In this document: positions 1 through 8,262 of the stretch, in pieces | Numbering within the stretch: the stretch's first letter is position 1 | Layout of the letters: each line of letters opens with the position of its first letter | From: an uncultured Campylobacterales bacterium | GTDB taxonomy: Bacteria > Campylobacterota > Campylobacteria > Campylobacterales > QNZT01 | Direction of reading: 5' to 3' | Length of the DNA stretch: 64,000 nucleotides | Assembly: GCA_964560425.1 (NCBI GenBank) | Contig: CAZLLE010000103.1 | Span: 21,025 to 85,024 of the forward strand | Position numbers and translations under genes: made by a program | Notes under the pieces: model-generated | What the model saw: the letters and a program-made list of their open reading frames with translations, nothing else | Database searches by the model: none | What the model was told of the DNA's origin: nothing

Positions 1-798
1 ATAGCAGAAGCAGGAGCAAGAGTAAGAGGAGATATTGATGAAATTGCTAAATTTTTAAATCACCAATATGCAATAGTAGGCAAAATTGGACCTCAACATA
101 TAGAGTATTTCAAAACATTAGAAAACATCAGAAATACAAAAATGGAGATTTTAAACTCCAAAAATCTAAAAAAAGCATTCGTTCATGAGAGTGCTATGAT
201 AAAGCCAACTAAAAAAGAGGTAGTTTTTGGAGAAAATATCAAAAATATAGATGCTTCACTAGAGGGAACAAGTTTTGATTTAGAAATTGATGGAAAAATA
301 GAACATTTTCAAACTCCACTTTTAGGATCATTTCATGCCACAAATCTAACAGCAATAATCTTAGTAGCCAAAGAGCTAGGAATAGGCATAGAAAATATTA
401 AAAAAGAGCTAAAAAATCTAAAACAAGTAGACCACAGACTCCAAAAAATAGAGGCAGGAGGCAAACTAATAATAGATGATAGCTTTAATGGAAATTTTGA
501 GGGAATGAGTGCATCTTATGAATTGGTAGATAGCTACAAAGGCAAAAAAATTATCATCACCCCCGGAGTAATAGAGAGTGATGAAAAGACAAATATAGAG
601 TTGGCAAAAAAGATAGATGAAGTATTTGACACTATTATTATTACAGGAGATGTAAATGCCAAAACACTATATAAAAATATTTACAAAGCAAAAAAAGTTA
701 TACTTGCAGATAAATCAAAACTAGAACAAGCACTAATAGAACATACAAAAGCTGGTGATTTAGTACTATTTTCTAATGATGCACCAACTTTTATATAG
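1..798 (+). CDS. murF: Mur ligase family protein, MurF-like (5' end outside window)
   Basis: Frame is open from base 1 (IAEAGARVRGDIDEIA...KIGPQHIEYF). Contains HRLQKIEAGGKLIIDDSFNGN and ITPG motifs and the C-terminal DLVLFSNDAP typical of Campylobacterota MurF. Confidence 0.75.
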   Translation: MAEAGARVRGDIDEIAKFLNHQYAIVGKIGPQHIEYFKTLENIRNTKMEILNSKNLKKAFVHESAMIKPTKKEVVFGENIKNIDASLEGTSFDLEIDGKIEHFQTPLLGSFHATNLTAIILVAKELGIGIENIKKELKNLKQVDHRLQKIEAGGKLIIDDSFNGNFEGMSASYELVDSYKGKKIIITPGVIESDEKTNIELAKKIDEVFDTIIITGDVNAKTLYKNIYKAKKVILADKSKLEQALIEHTKAGDLVLFSNDAPTFI

Positions 799-828
799 AA
801 AGATCATAACAAATAAAAAAAGGCAGTA

Positions 829-1533
829 ATGACATACAAAAACTTTGCAAAAAAGATGCCATCCTTTACAATTTTATATGTAGAAGATGATTTAGGTATT
901 CGTGGCTATTTTGTAGAGTTTTTGAAGAGGTATTGCAAGAATATTTATGAGAGTGACAATGCAGAAGAGGCACTAAAGCTTTATCATAAATATAATCCTG
1001 ATATTTTACTACTTGATATTAATCTACCTGCTATGAGTGGAATAGAGTTAGCTCATATTATTCGTCAATCTGATAAAAAGATACGAATCCTTATGTCTAC
1101 AGCATACACTAATACAGAGTTTATGCTCAAAGCTATTGAACTTGATATTACTAGATATTTAATCAAACCTGTTACAAGTCATGATCTATTTGAAGCCTTT
1201 GAAAAGGCAATAAAAGAGATTGAGGAGAGAACCCCCAAAAACTCAGTAGATTTGGGAGAAGGTTTTATCTATAACAAAATAGACAATTCCATCACTCATG
1301 ATAAAAAAACTACTATTTTACGAAAGAGAGAAGTTGAGTTATTAGATTTTTTTATCAAAAACTCCAATAAAATTATAGATTATAATACTCTTGAAAATAG
1401 TATTTGGCAAAATAATATAATGACTCAAGATGCAATAAGAGGTCAAATCAAAAATTTGCGTAAAAAAACATATCATGAACTAATAGAAAATATTAGTGGT
1501 ATTGGTTATAGGTTTAGATGTGATACAACTTAA
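829..1533 (+). CDS. OmpR-family response regulator
   Basis: Receiver domain (LYVEDD, LLLDINLP phospho-Asp, STA, IKP) plus winged-helix C-terminus (IENISGIGYRF). Confidence 0.92.
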   Translation: MTYKNFAKKMPSFTILYVEDDLGIRGYFVEFLKRYCKNIYESDNAEEALKLYHKYNPDILLLDINLPAMSGIELAHIIRQSDKKIRILMSTAYTNTEFMLKAIELDITRYLIKPVTSHDLFEAFEKAIKEIEERTPKNSVDLGEGFIYNKIDNSITHDKKTTILRKREVELLDFFIKNSNKIIDYNTLENSIWQNNIMTQDAIRGQIKNLRKKTYHELIENISGIGYRFRCDTT

Positions 1534-3403
1534 AGATATTGCACAAAAAAAGTATTTTTCAATTGATTTTAGAGCTTCACTCAAAGATAGTATGAAGCTT
1601 ATGCAAAAAAATGGTGATGGTTCTATTATCCTACTCAAAGATAACTATCCCATAGCAATATTAACACAGAGTGATATAATCAAAACACTTAATAATAAAA
1701 TTGATCTAAACCAAAAAGCATACAATTTTGCTACAAAATGTGTAATTAGTGCAAATGAGAATAGACCAATAGAGTTTGCTTTTGATTTTTTGAACCAACA
1801 TGATATTAGAAGAATTATTCTAGTAGATAATAAAAAGAGATTTTCAGGTGTTATTTTACAAGGAGATCTTTTTGATTATTTGGAGTCAGATGTATATAAA
1901 GTAGATCTAAAAATATCAAATATTATTAAACAAAATCAGAAAATAGAGACCATTCATGAGAGTGCAACAATTCAAGAAGCATTAAAAATCATGCAAACAG
2001 TGCATATAGGCTCAATCATCATTGTAAATGATTATACTTATATTGGTATATTAACAGAAAAAGATATTTTATCTATCACATATTCAGAGGTAAATATAGA
2101 TGAAAACATATCAAAATATATCTCCAAACCACTAATTGGCATTCATAAAGCAACATTGGTAACTCAAGCAATAGAGATCATGAAGTCAAAAAAAATCAGA
2201 CATATTGCAGTCACTGATTCAGATGATAGATTGATATCAATTCTAACCAAAAGAGATATATTAAAACATATCAAAGGGAACTATACTAGAATATTACAAC
2301 TCAAAATCAGACATGCTCAAGAGATTATGAATCTTCTACCTGAAGCAATTATTGAAGTATTTGATAGTAATCATGGTCAAATTATCGGATGGATGAACTA
2401 TAGAGCAAAAGAGATTTTTGGAAATAGATTAATTGATAATGATATAACAGAAATATTTACTCAAAAAGATTGGAGTAAAATATATAGTCAATTAAATAGT
2501 AAAAGTGTTATATCAAACAAAAAAGTACATATTAAAAATAGTATTTATGAGATATCAGGAACTCTTTCAAAAAGCCTACACAATCGCTATGTCAAACTTA
2601 TTTTCAATGATGTAACTCAACATGAAAAGACCAAAAAGAAACTAAAACAAGAGATTAATAAACAGATACAAAAAAGATTAGAAAATGAGTATCTACTAAT
2701 GCAACAATCCAAACTCGCAACCATGGGAGAGATGATAGGACATATTGCACATCAATGGAGACAACCACTCTCACAACTTAGTGGAATTTTTATGAATTTA
2801 GAGGCATCTTATGAGTTTGATGAACTTAGCCCAATATATTTTCAAGAGAAGATTCAAAAAGGAAATGAGCTTCTAAAATATATGTCTTACACAATAGAAG
2901 ATTTTAGAAATTTTTTTGAACCAAATCGAGTAAAAGAGTCATTTGATCTAATTCAATATATTCAAAATGCTATCAATATTATACAAGCTACACTCACCTA
3001 TCATCATATACATCTGAAATTTAATCTACCAAAAGAGAAGATATATATTTTGGGATACCCAAGTGAATTATCACAAGTAATCTTAAATATACTAAATAAT
3101 GCAAAAGATATTTTGGTTGAAAAAGAGATCAAAAAGCCAAAAATTATAATTGATATCAATAAACATGAGAAAAATATCATATCTATAGAGATAAAAGATA
3201 ATGGTGGAGGCATTGATGAAAAAAATATTGATAAAATTTTTGATATGTATTTTAGTACAAAAGATAAAAAAAATGGAATGGGATTAGGACTCTATATATC
3301 TAAAATTATTATAGAAAATAAACTAAAAGGTAAAATATATGCAAAAAACTATCAAAATGGAGCGATTATAAGTATAAATATCAAAAATGACCCTTATATT
3401 TAA
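1520..3403 (+). CDS. Cytoplasmic sensor histidine kinase: four CBS domains, PAS-like segment, HisKA and HATPase
   Basis: Start placed at GTG 1520, overlapping the regulator end. Four CBS repeats (GSIILL..., DIRRIILVD, GSIIIVND...GILTEKDIL, IRHIAVTD...LTKRDIL); H-box HIAHQWRQPL; N, G1 and G2 boxes (NILNNAKD, DNGGGI, GMGLGL); no transmembrane helix. Confidence 0.9.
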   Translation: MIQLKDIAQKKYFSIDFRASLKDSMKLMQKNGDGSIILLKDNYPIAILTQSDIIKTLNNKIDLNQKAYNFATKCVISANENRPIEFAFDFLNQHDIRRIILVDNKKRFSGVILQGDLFDYLESDVYKVDLKISNIIKQNQKIETIHESATIQEALKIMQTVHIGSIIIVNDYTYIGILTEKDILSITYSEVNIDENISKYISKPLIGIHKATLVTQAIEIMKSKKIRHIAVTDSDDRLISILTKRDILKHIKGNYTRILQLKIRHAQEIMNLLPEAIIEVFDSNHGQIIGWMNYRAKEIFGNRLIDNDITEIFTQKDWSKIYSQLNSKSVISNKKVHIKNSIYEISGTLSKSLHNRYVKLIFNDVTQHEKTKKKLKQEINKQIQKRLENEYLLMQQSKLATMGEMIGHIAHQWRQPLSQLSGIFMNLEASYEFDELSPIYFQEKIQKGNELLKYMSYTIEDFRNFFEPNRVKESFDLIQYIQNAINIIQATLTYHHIHLKFNLPKEKIYILGYPSELSQVILNILNNAKDILVEKEIKKPKIIIDINKHEKNIISIEIKDNGGGIDEKNIDKIFDMYFSTKDKKNGMGLGLYISKIIIENKLKGKIYAKNYQNGAIISINIKNDPYI

Positions 3404-3429
3404 TATTACATTATTTGTACATTATTTTT

Positions 3430-3438
3430 TGATAAAAT
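3430..3438 (+). promoter_or_regulatory. Extended -10 promoter (TGaTAAAAT) for the small ORF and arginine kinase
   Basis: TGATAAAAT at 3430-3438, followed by SD GGGGAG and ATG at 3466. Confidence 0.55.
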
Positions 3439-3465
3439 CTCTCACTATCATTGGGGAGTAGTAGT

Positions 3466-3726
3466 ATGAATCAGGTAGATAAAATCACATTAAAACAGTG
3501 CGAAGCAATTATAAATGAGGGACTAAACACTCTATCAAAAATAGATCAAGCATTAAATATAATTAAAAGGTTTCAACTCTTTGAAGAGGAGTATCCAAAC
3601 TTTGAAGATTATTGCCAATCAAAATGGAACATCAATGAAAAATATAACTATATTTTTATAGATAGCAAACTAAAACTTTTACAAACAAACAACTACAAAA
3701 GGAGCGACTATGAGTCAAGACAATGA
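3466..3726 (+). CDS. Small hypothetical protein (86 aa) resembling a phage/mobile-element helical domain
   Basis: ATG 3466 has an SD. LKQCEAIINEGL...FEDYCQSKWNI resembles the L-x-x-C-E-x-x-I...F-E-D-Y-C-x-x-x-W pattern I recall from phage proteins. Overlaps the kinase start by 17 nt. Confidence 0.6.
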   Translation: MNQVDKITLKQCEAIINEGLNTLSKIDQALNIIKRFQLFEEEYPNFEDYCQSKWNINEKYNYIFIDSKLKLLQTNNYKRSDYESRQ

Positions 3727-4750
3727 GTTTCCAACACTCCCAAAAGAGTGTACATCTATGTTATGCAAACATTTAACTAAAGAGGTATTTGAAAAGCTAA
3801 AAGATAAAAAAACTAGCAATGGTTTTACAATTTCTCAAGCAATTAATTCAGGTGTAAAGAATATAGATAGTGGCATTGGAGTATATGCAGGAGATGAAGA
3901 GTCTTACTCACTGTTTGCACCACTTTTTGATCCAATCATAAAAGAGTATCATGGATTTGACAAAAGCGATATGCACAAAAGTAATCTAAACCCAGATGAT
4001 TTAAATGCACCAAACCCTGATCCAGAGGGTAAATTTATAATCTCTACAAGAATTAGAGTAGGTCGAAATGTTGATAACATGCCATTAGGACCAGCTATTA
4101 CAAAAGAGCAGAGAAACCAAATAGAAAAAGATGTATCAACCTCTTTAAAAGAGCTAAGTGGAGCATTATCAGGAAACTACTATCCATTAGCGGGAATGAG
4201 CGAAGAAGTAAGTACAAAACTAATACAAGACCACTTTCTATTCAAAGTAGGTGATAGATTTTTGGAAGCTGCTGGACTTAACCGTGATTGGCCAGAGGGG
4301 AGAGGAATCTACCATAATGATGAAAAAACTTTTTTGGTTTGGGTAAATGAAGAGGATCAACTTCGTATTATATCTATGCAAATGGGGGGAGATATAAAAG
4401 AAGTTTTTACAAGACTTACTACTGCCATAGGGGAAATAGAGAAAAAAGTACCATTTTCATACAATGACCACATCGGATATATCACAAGCTGCCCTACTAA
4501 TCTAGGAACAGCCATGAGAGCGAGTGTACATATTAAATTACCAAAACTTGCAACAGATATGGAAGCATTTAAAGCAATCACTGATAAACATCATCTTCAA
4601 ATTCGTGGTATTCATGGAGAACACTCAGAGAGTGAAGGTGGAATCTATGATATCAGCAATAGAAGAAGATTAGGTGTTACAGAAGTAGAGTGCGTACAAG
4701 ATATGTATAATGGCGTTGTAGCACTTATAGAGGCAGAAAAAGCCCTATAG
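3710..4750 (+). CDS. Phosphagen kinase (ATP:guanido phosphotransferase), probably arginine kinase
   Basis: N-terminal substrate domain (SMLCKHLT, DSGIGVYAGDEESY), ISTRIRVGRN, WPEGRGIYHN, VWVNEEDQLRIISMQ, signature CPTNLGT, RGIHGEH, YDISNRRRLG. SD AAGGAG. Confidence 0.93.
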   Translation: MSQDNEFPTLPKECTSMLCKHLTKEVFEKLKDKKTSNGFTISQAINSGVKNIDSGIGVYAGDEESYSLFAPLFDPIIKEYHGFDKSDMHKSNLNPDDLNAPNPDPEGKFIISTRIRVGRNVDNMPLGPAITKEQRNQIEKDVSTSLKELSGALSGNYYPLAGMSEEVSTKLIQDHFLFKVGDRFLEAAGLNRDWPEGRGIYHNDEKTFLVWVNEEDQLRIISMQMGGDIKEVFTRLTTAIGEIEKKVPFSYNDHIGYITSCPTNLGTAMRASVHIKLPKLATDMEAFKAITDKHHLQIRGIHGEHSESEGGIYDISNRRRLGVTEVECVQDMYNGVVALIEAEKAL

Positions 4751-4760
4751 ATAGAATAAT

Positions 4761-4794
4761 GAATATTTTGAGTAAAAAATTACTCAAAATATTC
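4761..4794. terminator. Perfect 15-bp hairpin between convergent genes (likely bidirectional terminator)
   Basis: GAATATTTTGAGTAA-AAAA-TTACTCAAAATATTC. Confidence 0.7.
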
Positions 4795-5144
4795 TAGTTA
4801 AGTTTAAACTCCACAACATGAGGCTTTTGAAAATAGAAATAATATATGATATAGATCACTAATCCAATATAAAAAGTACCCATTCCTACAAACATCCAAC
4901 CGACACTAAAAAGTTTCTTTTCACCTTTTAGAGTATCTTTTGTTTTTTCCACAATATCATATCTATTACCATAAAGCATATCTTCCAAAAGATCTATCTT
5001 CTCTTTTTGGCTCATTACTTTATCTTGGTCTACTTTTAGAAAAAAATCATCAAATATTGCTTGATATTTTTTCATCGCCTTTTTCTCTTGAAATAGTATA
5101 TAAATACCAATAGGCAATGCAAATATCATAATAAGAGTATTCAT
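4794..5144 (-). CDS. Hypothetical membrane protein with two hydrophobic segments
   Basis: 116 aa; hydrophobic N-terminus and LFSVGWMFVGMGTFYIGLVIYIIYYFYF segment. Confidence 0.7.
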   Translation of the reverse strand: MNTLIMIFALPIGIYILFQEKKAMKKYQAIFDDFFLKVDQDKVMSQKEKIDLLEDMLYGNRYDIVEKTKDTLKGEKKLFSVGWMFVGMGTFYIGLVIYIIYYFYFQKPHVVEFKLN

Positions 5145-5152
5145 AAATCTCC

Positions 5153-5815
5153 TTAAGATTCATCTTTTAGAAACTGATCAAAATCTTTGAGATATTGTTC
5201 TATATCAATATCATCTAAACTTATACCATCTTCTTTTTTCTTAAGTATACTATTTTCCTCTAGCCATTGATGCATGTTTTTTATATTTTCTAATATTTTT
5301 TCACTTCTCTTATCAAAAGATATATCCAAAACTCTCTCATCTCTTTGAGCTATCTCTAGTTGAAACTCCTCTTCTTGGGCTATGCTTTGGGTTTGCATCA
5401 GTTTTTGAATATCTTTGGCACTCTCTAGTGTGGCTAATACTTGATATCTATTACTCATGTTGTACTCTAAGATTTTCTTTTTTACTATCTCTATACAATC
5501 ATCATCAATATTACCCCAAAGATGAAGATGAGGGGTTTTCATAGTTGAATCATCTGTGAGATGAGGCTCTATGAAGATATCCTCTTTTTGATGATCTATA
5601 AGTGTTTTTTGGATATCTCTCAAAAAGGTTCTCAACTCTTTGGCACTAAGATTATTTAGATTTTCAGCCCAAAAGACCTCTCTATAATTTCTATTATGAT
5701 CTTGGAGATATTTCATAATCTCTGTTTTTCGCCAATTAGCAAAAATTGGACTTGTCATATATGTATACTCACGAAACCGCAAAAATGAGCGACTTTTATC
5801 ACCCATTTTTTTCAT
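5153..5815 (-). CDS. Putative HUH-superfamily nuclease (relaxase or Rep-like)
   Basis: EPHLTDDSTMKTPHLHLWG resembles the H-x(n)-TPHxH metal-binding motif of Mob/Rep proteins; upstream Tyr candidates (EYTY, NYRE); acidic helical tail. Confidence 0.45.
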   Translation of the reverse strand: MKKMGDKSRSFLRFREYTYMTSPIFANWRKTEIMKYLQDHNRNYREVFWAENLNNLSAKELRTFLRDIQKTLIDHQKEDIFIEPHLTDDSTMKTPHLHLWGNIDDDCIEIVKKKILEYNMSNRYQVLATLESAKDIQKLMQTQSIAQEEEFQLEIAQRDERVLDISFDKRSEKILENIKNMHQWLEENSILKKKEDGISLDDIDIEQYLKDFDQFLKDES

Positions 5816-7373
5816 TATTGCCTTTTGCCTCTTGATATAATTTTTTTAACTCTATTAGCTCTTTTGTAAGAGTCTCATTTTCACTCTCTAACTCTTTTAT
5901 AAAATTTTCACTCTCTTGGAGTTGCTCTTTGATATCTTGTATAGTTACATTTCTATCCATGATAATATTTTTGGCTCTCTCCAAATCTACAAGAGCGATC
6001 TCAAGAGATTTTTGAAACTCTACTCTTTTATTTCTCTCTTTTTCAAAATTTTCAAAATGAGTCTTTCTAATCTCTTGCGATCTTTGAAGATTTTTTCTTG
6101 TAAGTTCTAAATCACTAATAGTCTTTTTGAGATTTTGAGTAGTTTGAGCAATAATCTCATCTTTTTGCAAAGATAAAATAATCTCATATTTTGCATCTTC
6201 TAATACAGTTTTGACGGTAATATTATTAAACTTTTGAGCCAAAAGTGCTTGTGTAGCCTCATCAATACTCATGCCATTGGAGAGAGATTTGATAAAGACC
6301 TTTTTGGCTTGATCTTTTTGTCTTCTTGCTTCCTCTATTTTTACTTTGAGTAGCTCCAATTCTGCCTTTTGTTCTGCCTCTTTTTGAGCAATCAAATTTT
6401 TGTAATGATCTTCAATCTTCTCATTTTGGCTTTTGGCTATTGTTTGGGCTTTGGCAATAGATGGGTTGACCTCTATCTCAGATTTGATACGAGGTTCAAT
6501 ACTATTATCTTTGATAATAGTATGCATCTCTTCTACATTTGTATGAGCTTTTTGAGCCTCTTTTTTATCAAGCTCTTTTAATCTCTGCTCAAGAGATTTA
6601 CTTCTCTCCAATTTTTCAATCTCTTCATCACTAAGAGTATCTTTAAAATGAATCTCTCTTACTTCATTGGAGATATTATCATCTTCAAATCTTCCAAAAT
6701 CATCAAGTCTAGTTTTCAAAAATCTATTGATAGCTCCTTGCTCAAAGAGCCATTTGACCTCCTCATGAAGGAAAAAATTGAGCTTTGCAAAATCTTTGAT
6801 TTTAATCAAAGCATTACCAATAGTTCTATTTGTAAAACCAAATCTAATAATCCCACCACCAAGACTAACAACCTCTACCATTTTGAAAAAAGTTTGATCT
6901 TCAATTTTGCTATGAGCAAACCTTGATGAGTATGTGGTAATCATCAACTCTTTCTCATTTGACTCTATAGCCTTAAAAATAGCACCACTTTTCAAACTCT
7001 TCAAAGAGTCCAAAATTCGCTTAAACTCCTCCCCACTCTCTGCCAAATATGTATGTTTTTGAATATCTGCAAAACTAGGCTTGATATTGACTCTCTTTAA
7101 CTTAGAAATAAAATCTCTATTTTCAACTGTGAGTAACTTTTGTAACTGTATATAAGATTTGATCTTACCATACTCAATAAGAGCCAATTTTGGACTCTTT
7201 GGAGAGAGGACAAATTTGGAAAGTTCATCTTCATCTAAAATCTCTTCAAAAAGATATCTTAGATTTGAGATAATTTTCATATCCTTTGAGAGTTCAAAAC
7301 TATCTACAGATATTACAGAGGTTAACTTATCCTCTTTTGAAATTTTTACTCTTCTATCATCAATTAACTTCAT
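5799..7373 (-). CDS. Hypothetical protein with globular N-terminal half and long C-terminal coiled coil
   Basis: 524 aa; heptad-rich E/K/Q/L sequence from about residue 250; no motif recognised. Confidence 0.75.
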   Translation of the reverse strand: MKLIDDRRVKISKEDKLTSVISVDSFELSKDMKIISNLRYLFEEILDEDELSKFVLSPKSPKLALIEYGKIKSYIQLQKLLTVENRDFISKLKRVNIKPSFADIQKHTYLAESGEEFKRILDSLKSLKSGAIFKAIESNEKELMITTYSSRFAHSKIEDQTFFKMVEVVSLGGGIIRFGFTNRTIGNALIKIKDFAKLNFFLHEEVKWLFEQGAINRFLKTRLDDFGRFEDDNISNEVREIHFKDTLSDEEIEKLERSKSLEQRLKELDKKEAQKAHTNVEEMHTIIKDNSIEPRIKSEIEVNPSIAKAQTIAKSQNEKIEDHYKNLIAQKEAEQKAELELLKVKIEEARRQKDQAKKVFIKSLSNGMSIDEATQALLAQKFNNITVKTVLEDAKYEIILSLQKDEIIAQTTQNLKKTISDLELTRKNLQRSQEIRKTHFENFEKERNKRVEFQKSLEIALVDLERAKNIIMDRNVTIQDIKEQLQESENFIKELESENETLTKELIELKKLYQEAKGNNEKNG

Positions 7374-7609
7374 ATAATCTTCTCTTTTTTAAGATAAGCG
7401 ATAATAAACTCACCAAATGTCAAATTTTGTTCTTCCAAAAAACGATTAACTTTCTCAAAATCCTCTTCTACTAGATTTACAGCTTTTGCCTTAAAGACTT
7501 TTTTACTTTTTTTGGTAAACTTTCTTTTCTCTTTTGGCTCTTTTATCTCACTATCTTTAATAGGTGTAGCTTTTTTAATTTCACGATTGTTTATATTTAA
7601 TTTTTTCAT
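7370..7609 (-). CDS. Small ParG-like ribbon-helix-helix DNA-binding protein
   Basis: 79 aa; basic flexible N-terminus, then KAVNL-VEEDFEKVNRFLEEQ-NLTFGEFIIAYL (strand-helix-helix). 4-nt overlap with parA. Confidence 0.55.
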   Translation of the reverse strand: MKKLNINNREIKKATPIKDSEIKEPKEKRKFTKKSKKVFKAKAVNLVEEDFEKVNRFLEEQNLTFGEFIIAYLKKEKII

Positions 7610-8226
7610 CTCAAAAGTTCCAATATTTCATTTTTAAGTTTTAAAGAGGCTGTTTCAATAGGGGCATAAGTTTTTCTAAAGAGTCCACCCTCTGCTAAAA
7701 GATCTGATATAGATACTTTTCTATTCTCCAAAGTCTTTATAGCTCCAGAGTAGGCAAATGATGTAAAAGAGATATTTTCAGAGTTTAAATCCTCCAACAT
7801 TTGAGATAACATACCCCCAGCAATATCAATCTCTTTTTGATTTCTCACTTCATTTACCAAAAAAAGTACACTTTTAGCCCAATTATACATACACAAAGAT
7901 ACCGCACTATCGGCAGTAGTTTTAAGACTTCTATACCCTACTCTAGTCATGAATACAAATAGATCAATATCCAATGTCCTAAGCCTCTCATCCAAAAAAC
8001 TACGAGCATCTAAAATAATAAAATCTTCATCTAACTTCTCAATAATATTGGGAAGATTAGTATGAGGAAGGATATTTATAGTCCTAGCACTATTAAAATC
8101 TTCTGCATCTTGGTAGGGATCAAGATTAAGAATAACACTATTTTCCAGTTTATTACAGAGAATATTAGCAATAGTACTCTTACCAACACCACCTTTGACA
8201 CTAGCAATAAGAATGATTTTCTGCAT
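7606..8226 (-). CDS. Short ParA/ParF-type ATPase
   Basis: Deviant Walker A KGGVGKST, LNLDPYQD, FIILD Walker B; 206 aa with no N-terminal HTH. Confidence 0.85.
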   Translation of the reverse strand: MQKIILIASVKGGVGKSTIANILCNKLENSVILNLDPYQDAEDFNSARTINILPHTNLPNIIEKLDEDFIILDARSFLDERLRTLDIDLFVFMTRVGYRSLKTTADSAVSLCMYNWAKSVLFLVNEVRNQKEIDIAGGMLSQMLEDLNSENISFTSFAYSGAIKTLENRKVSISDLLAEGGLFRKTYAPIETASLKLKNEILELLR

Positions 8227-8227
8227 G

Positions 8228-8262
8228 TATTTACCCCTCAGGTAAATAAGTTTTATTTACCT
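8228..8262. repeat. Three copies of TATTTACC/GGTAAATA (direct and inverted) at the mnmE-parA junction
   Basis: TATTTACC at 8228-8235; AGGTAAATAA at 8240-8249; TTATTTACCT at 8253-8262 (10-bp inverted repeat, 3-nt loop). Confidence 0.75.

Larger units (their letters stand above)
5153..8226 (-). mobile_element. Putative degenerate integrated plasmid or island remnant at the mnmE 3' end
   Basis: Type Ib partition pair, coiled-coil protein and HUH-like protein begin 26 bp after the mnmE stop. No integrase or matching att repeat found. Confidence 0.45.

Noticed and set aside
3710-4750. McsB protein-arginine kinase
   Set aside because: It has the N-terminal phosphagen substrate domain and no ctsR/mcsA/clpC context.
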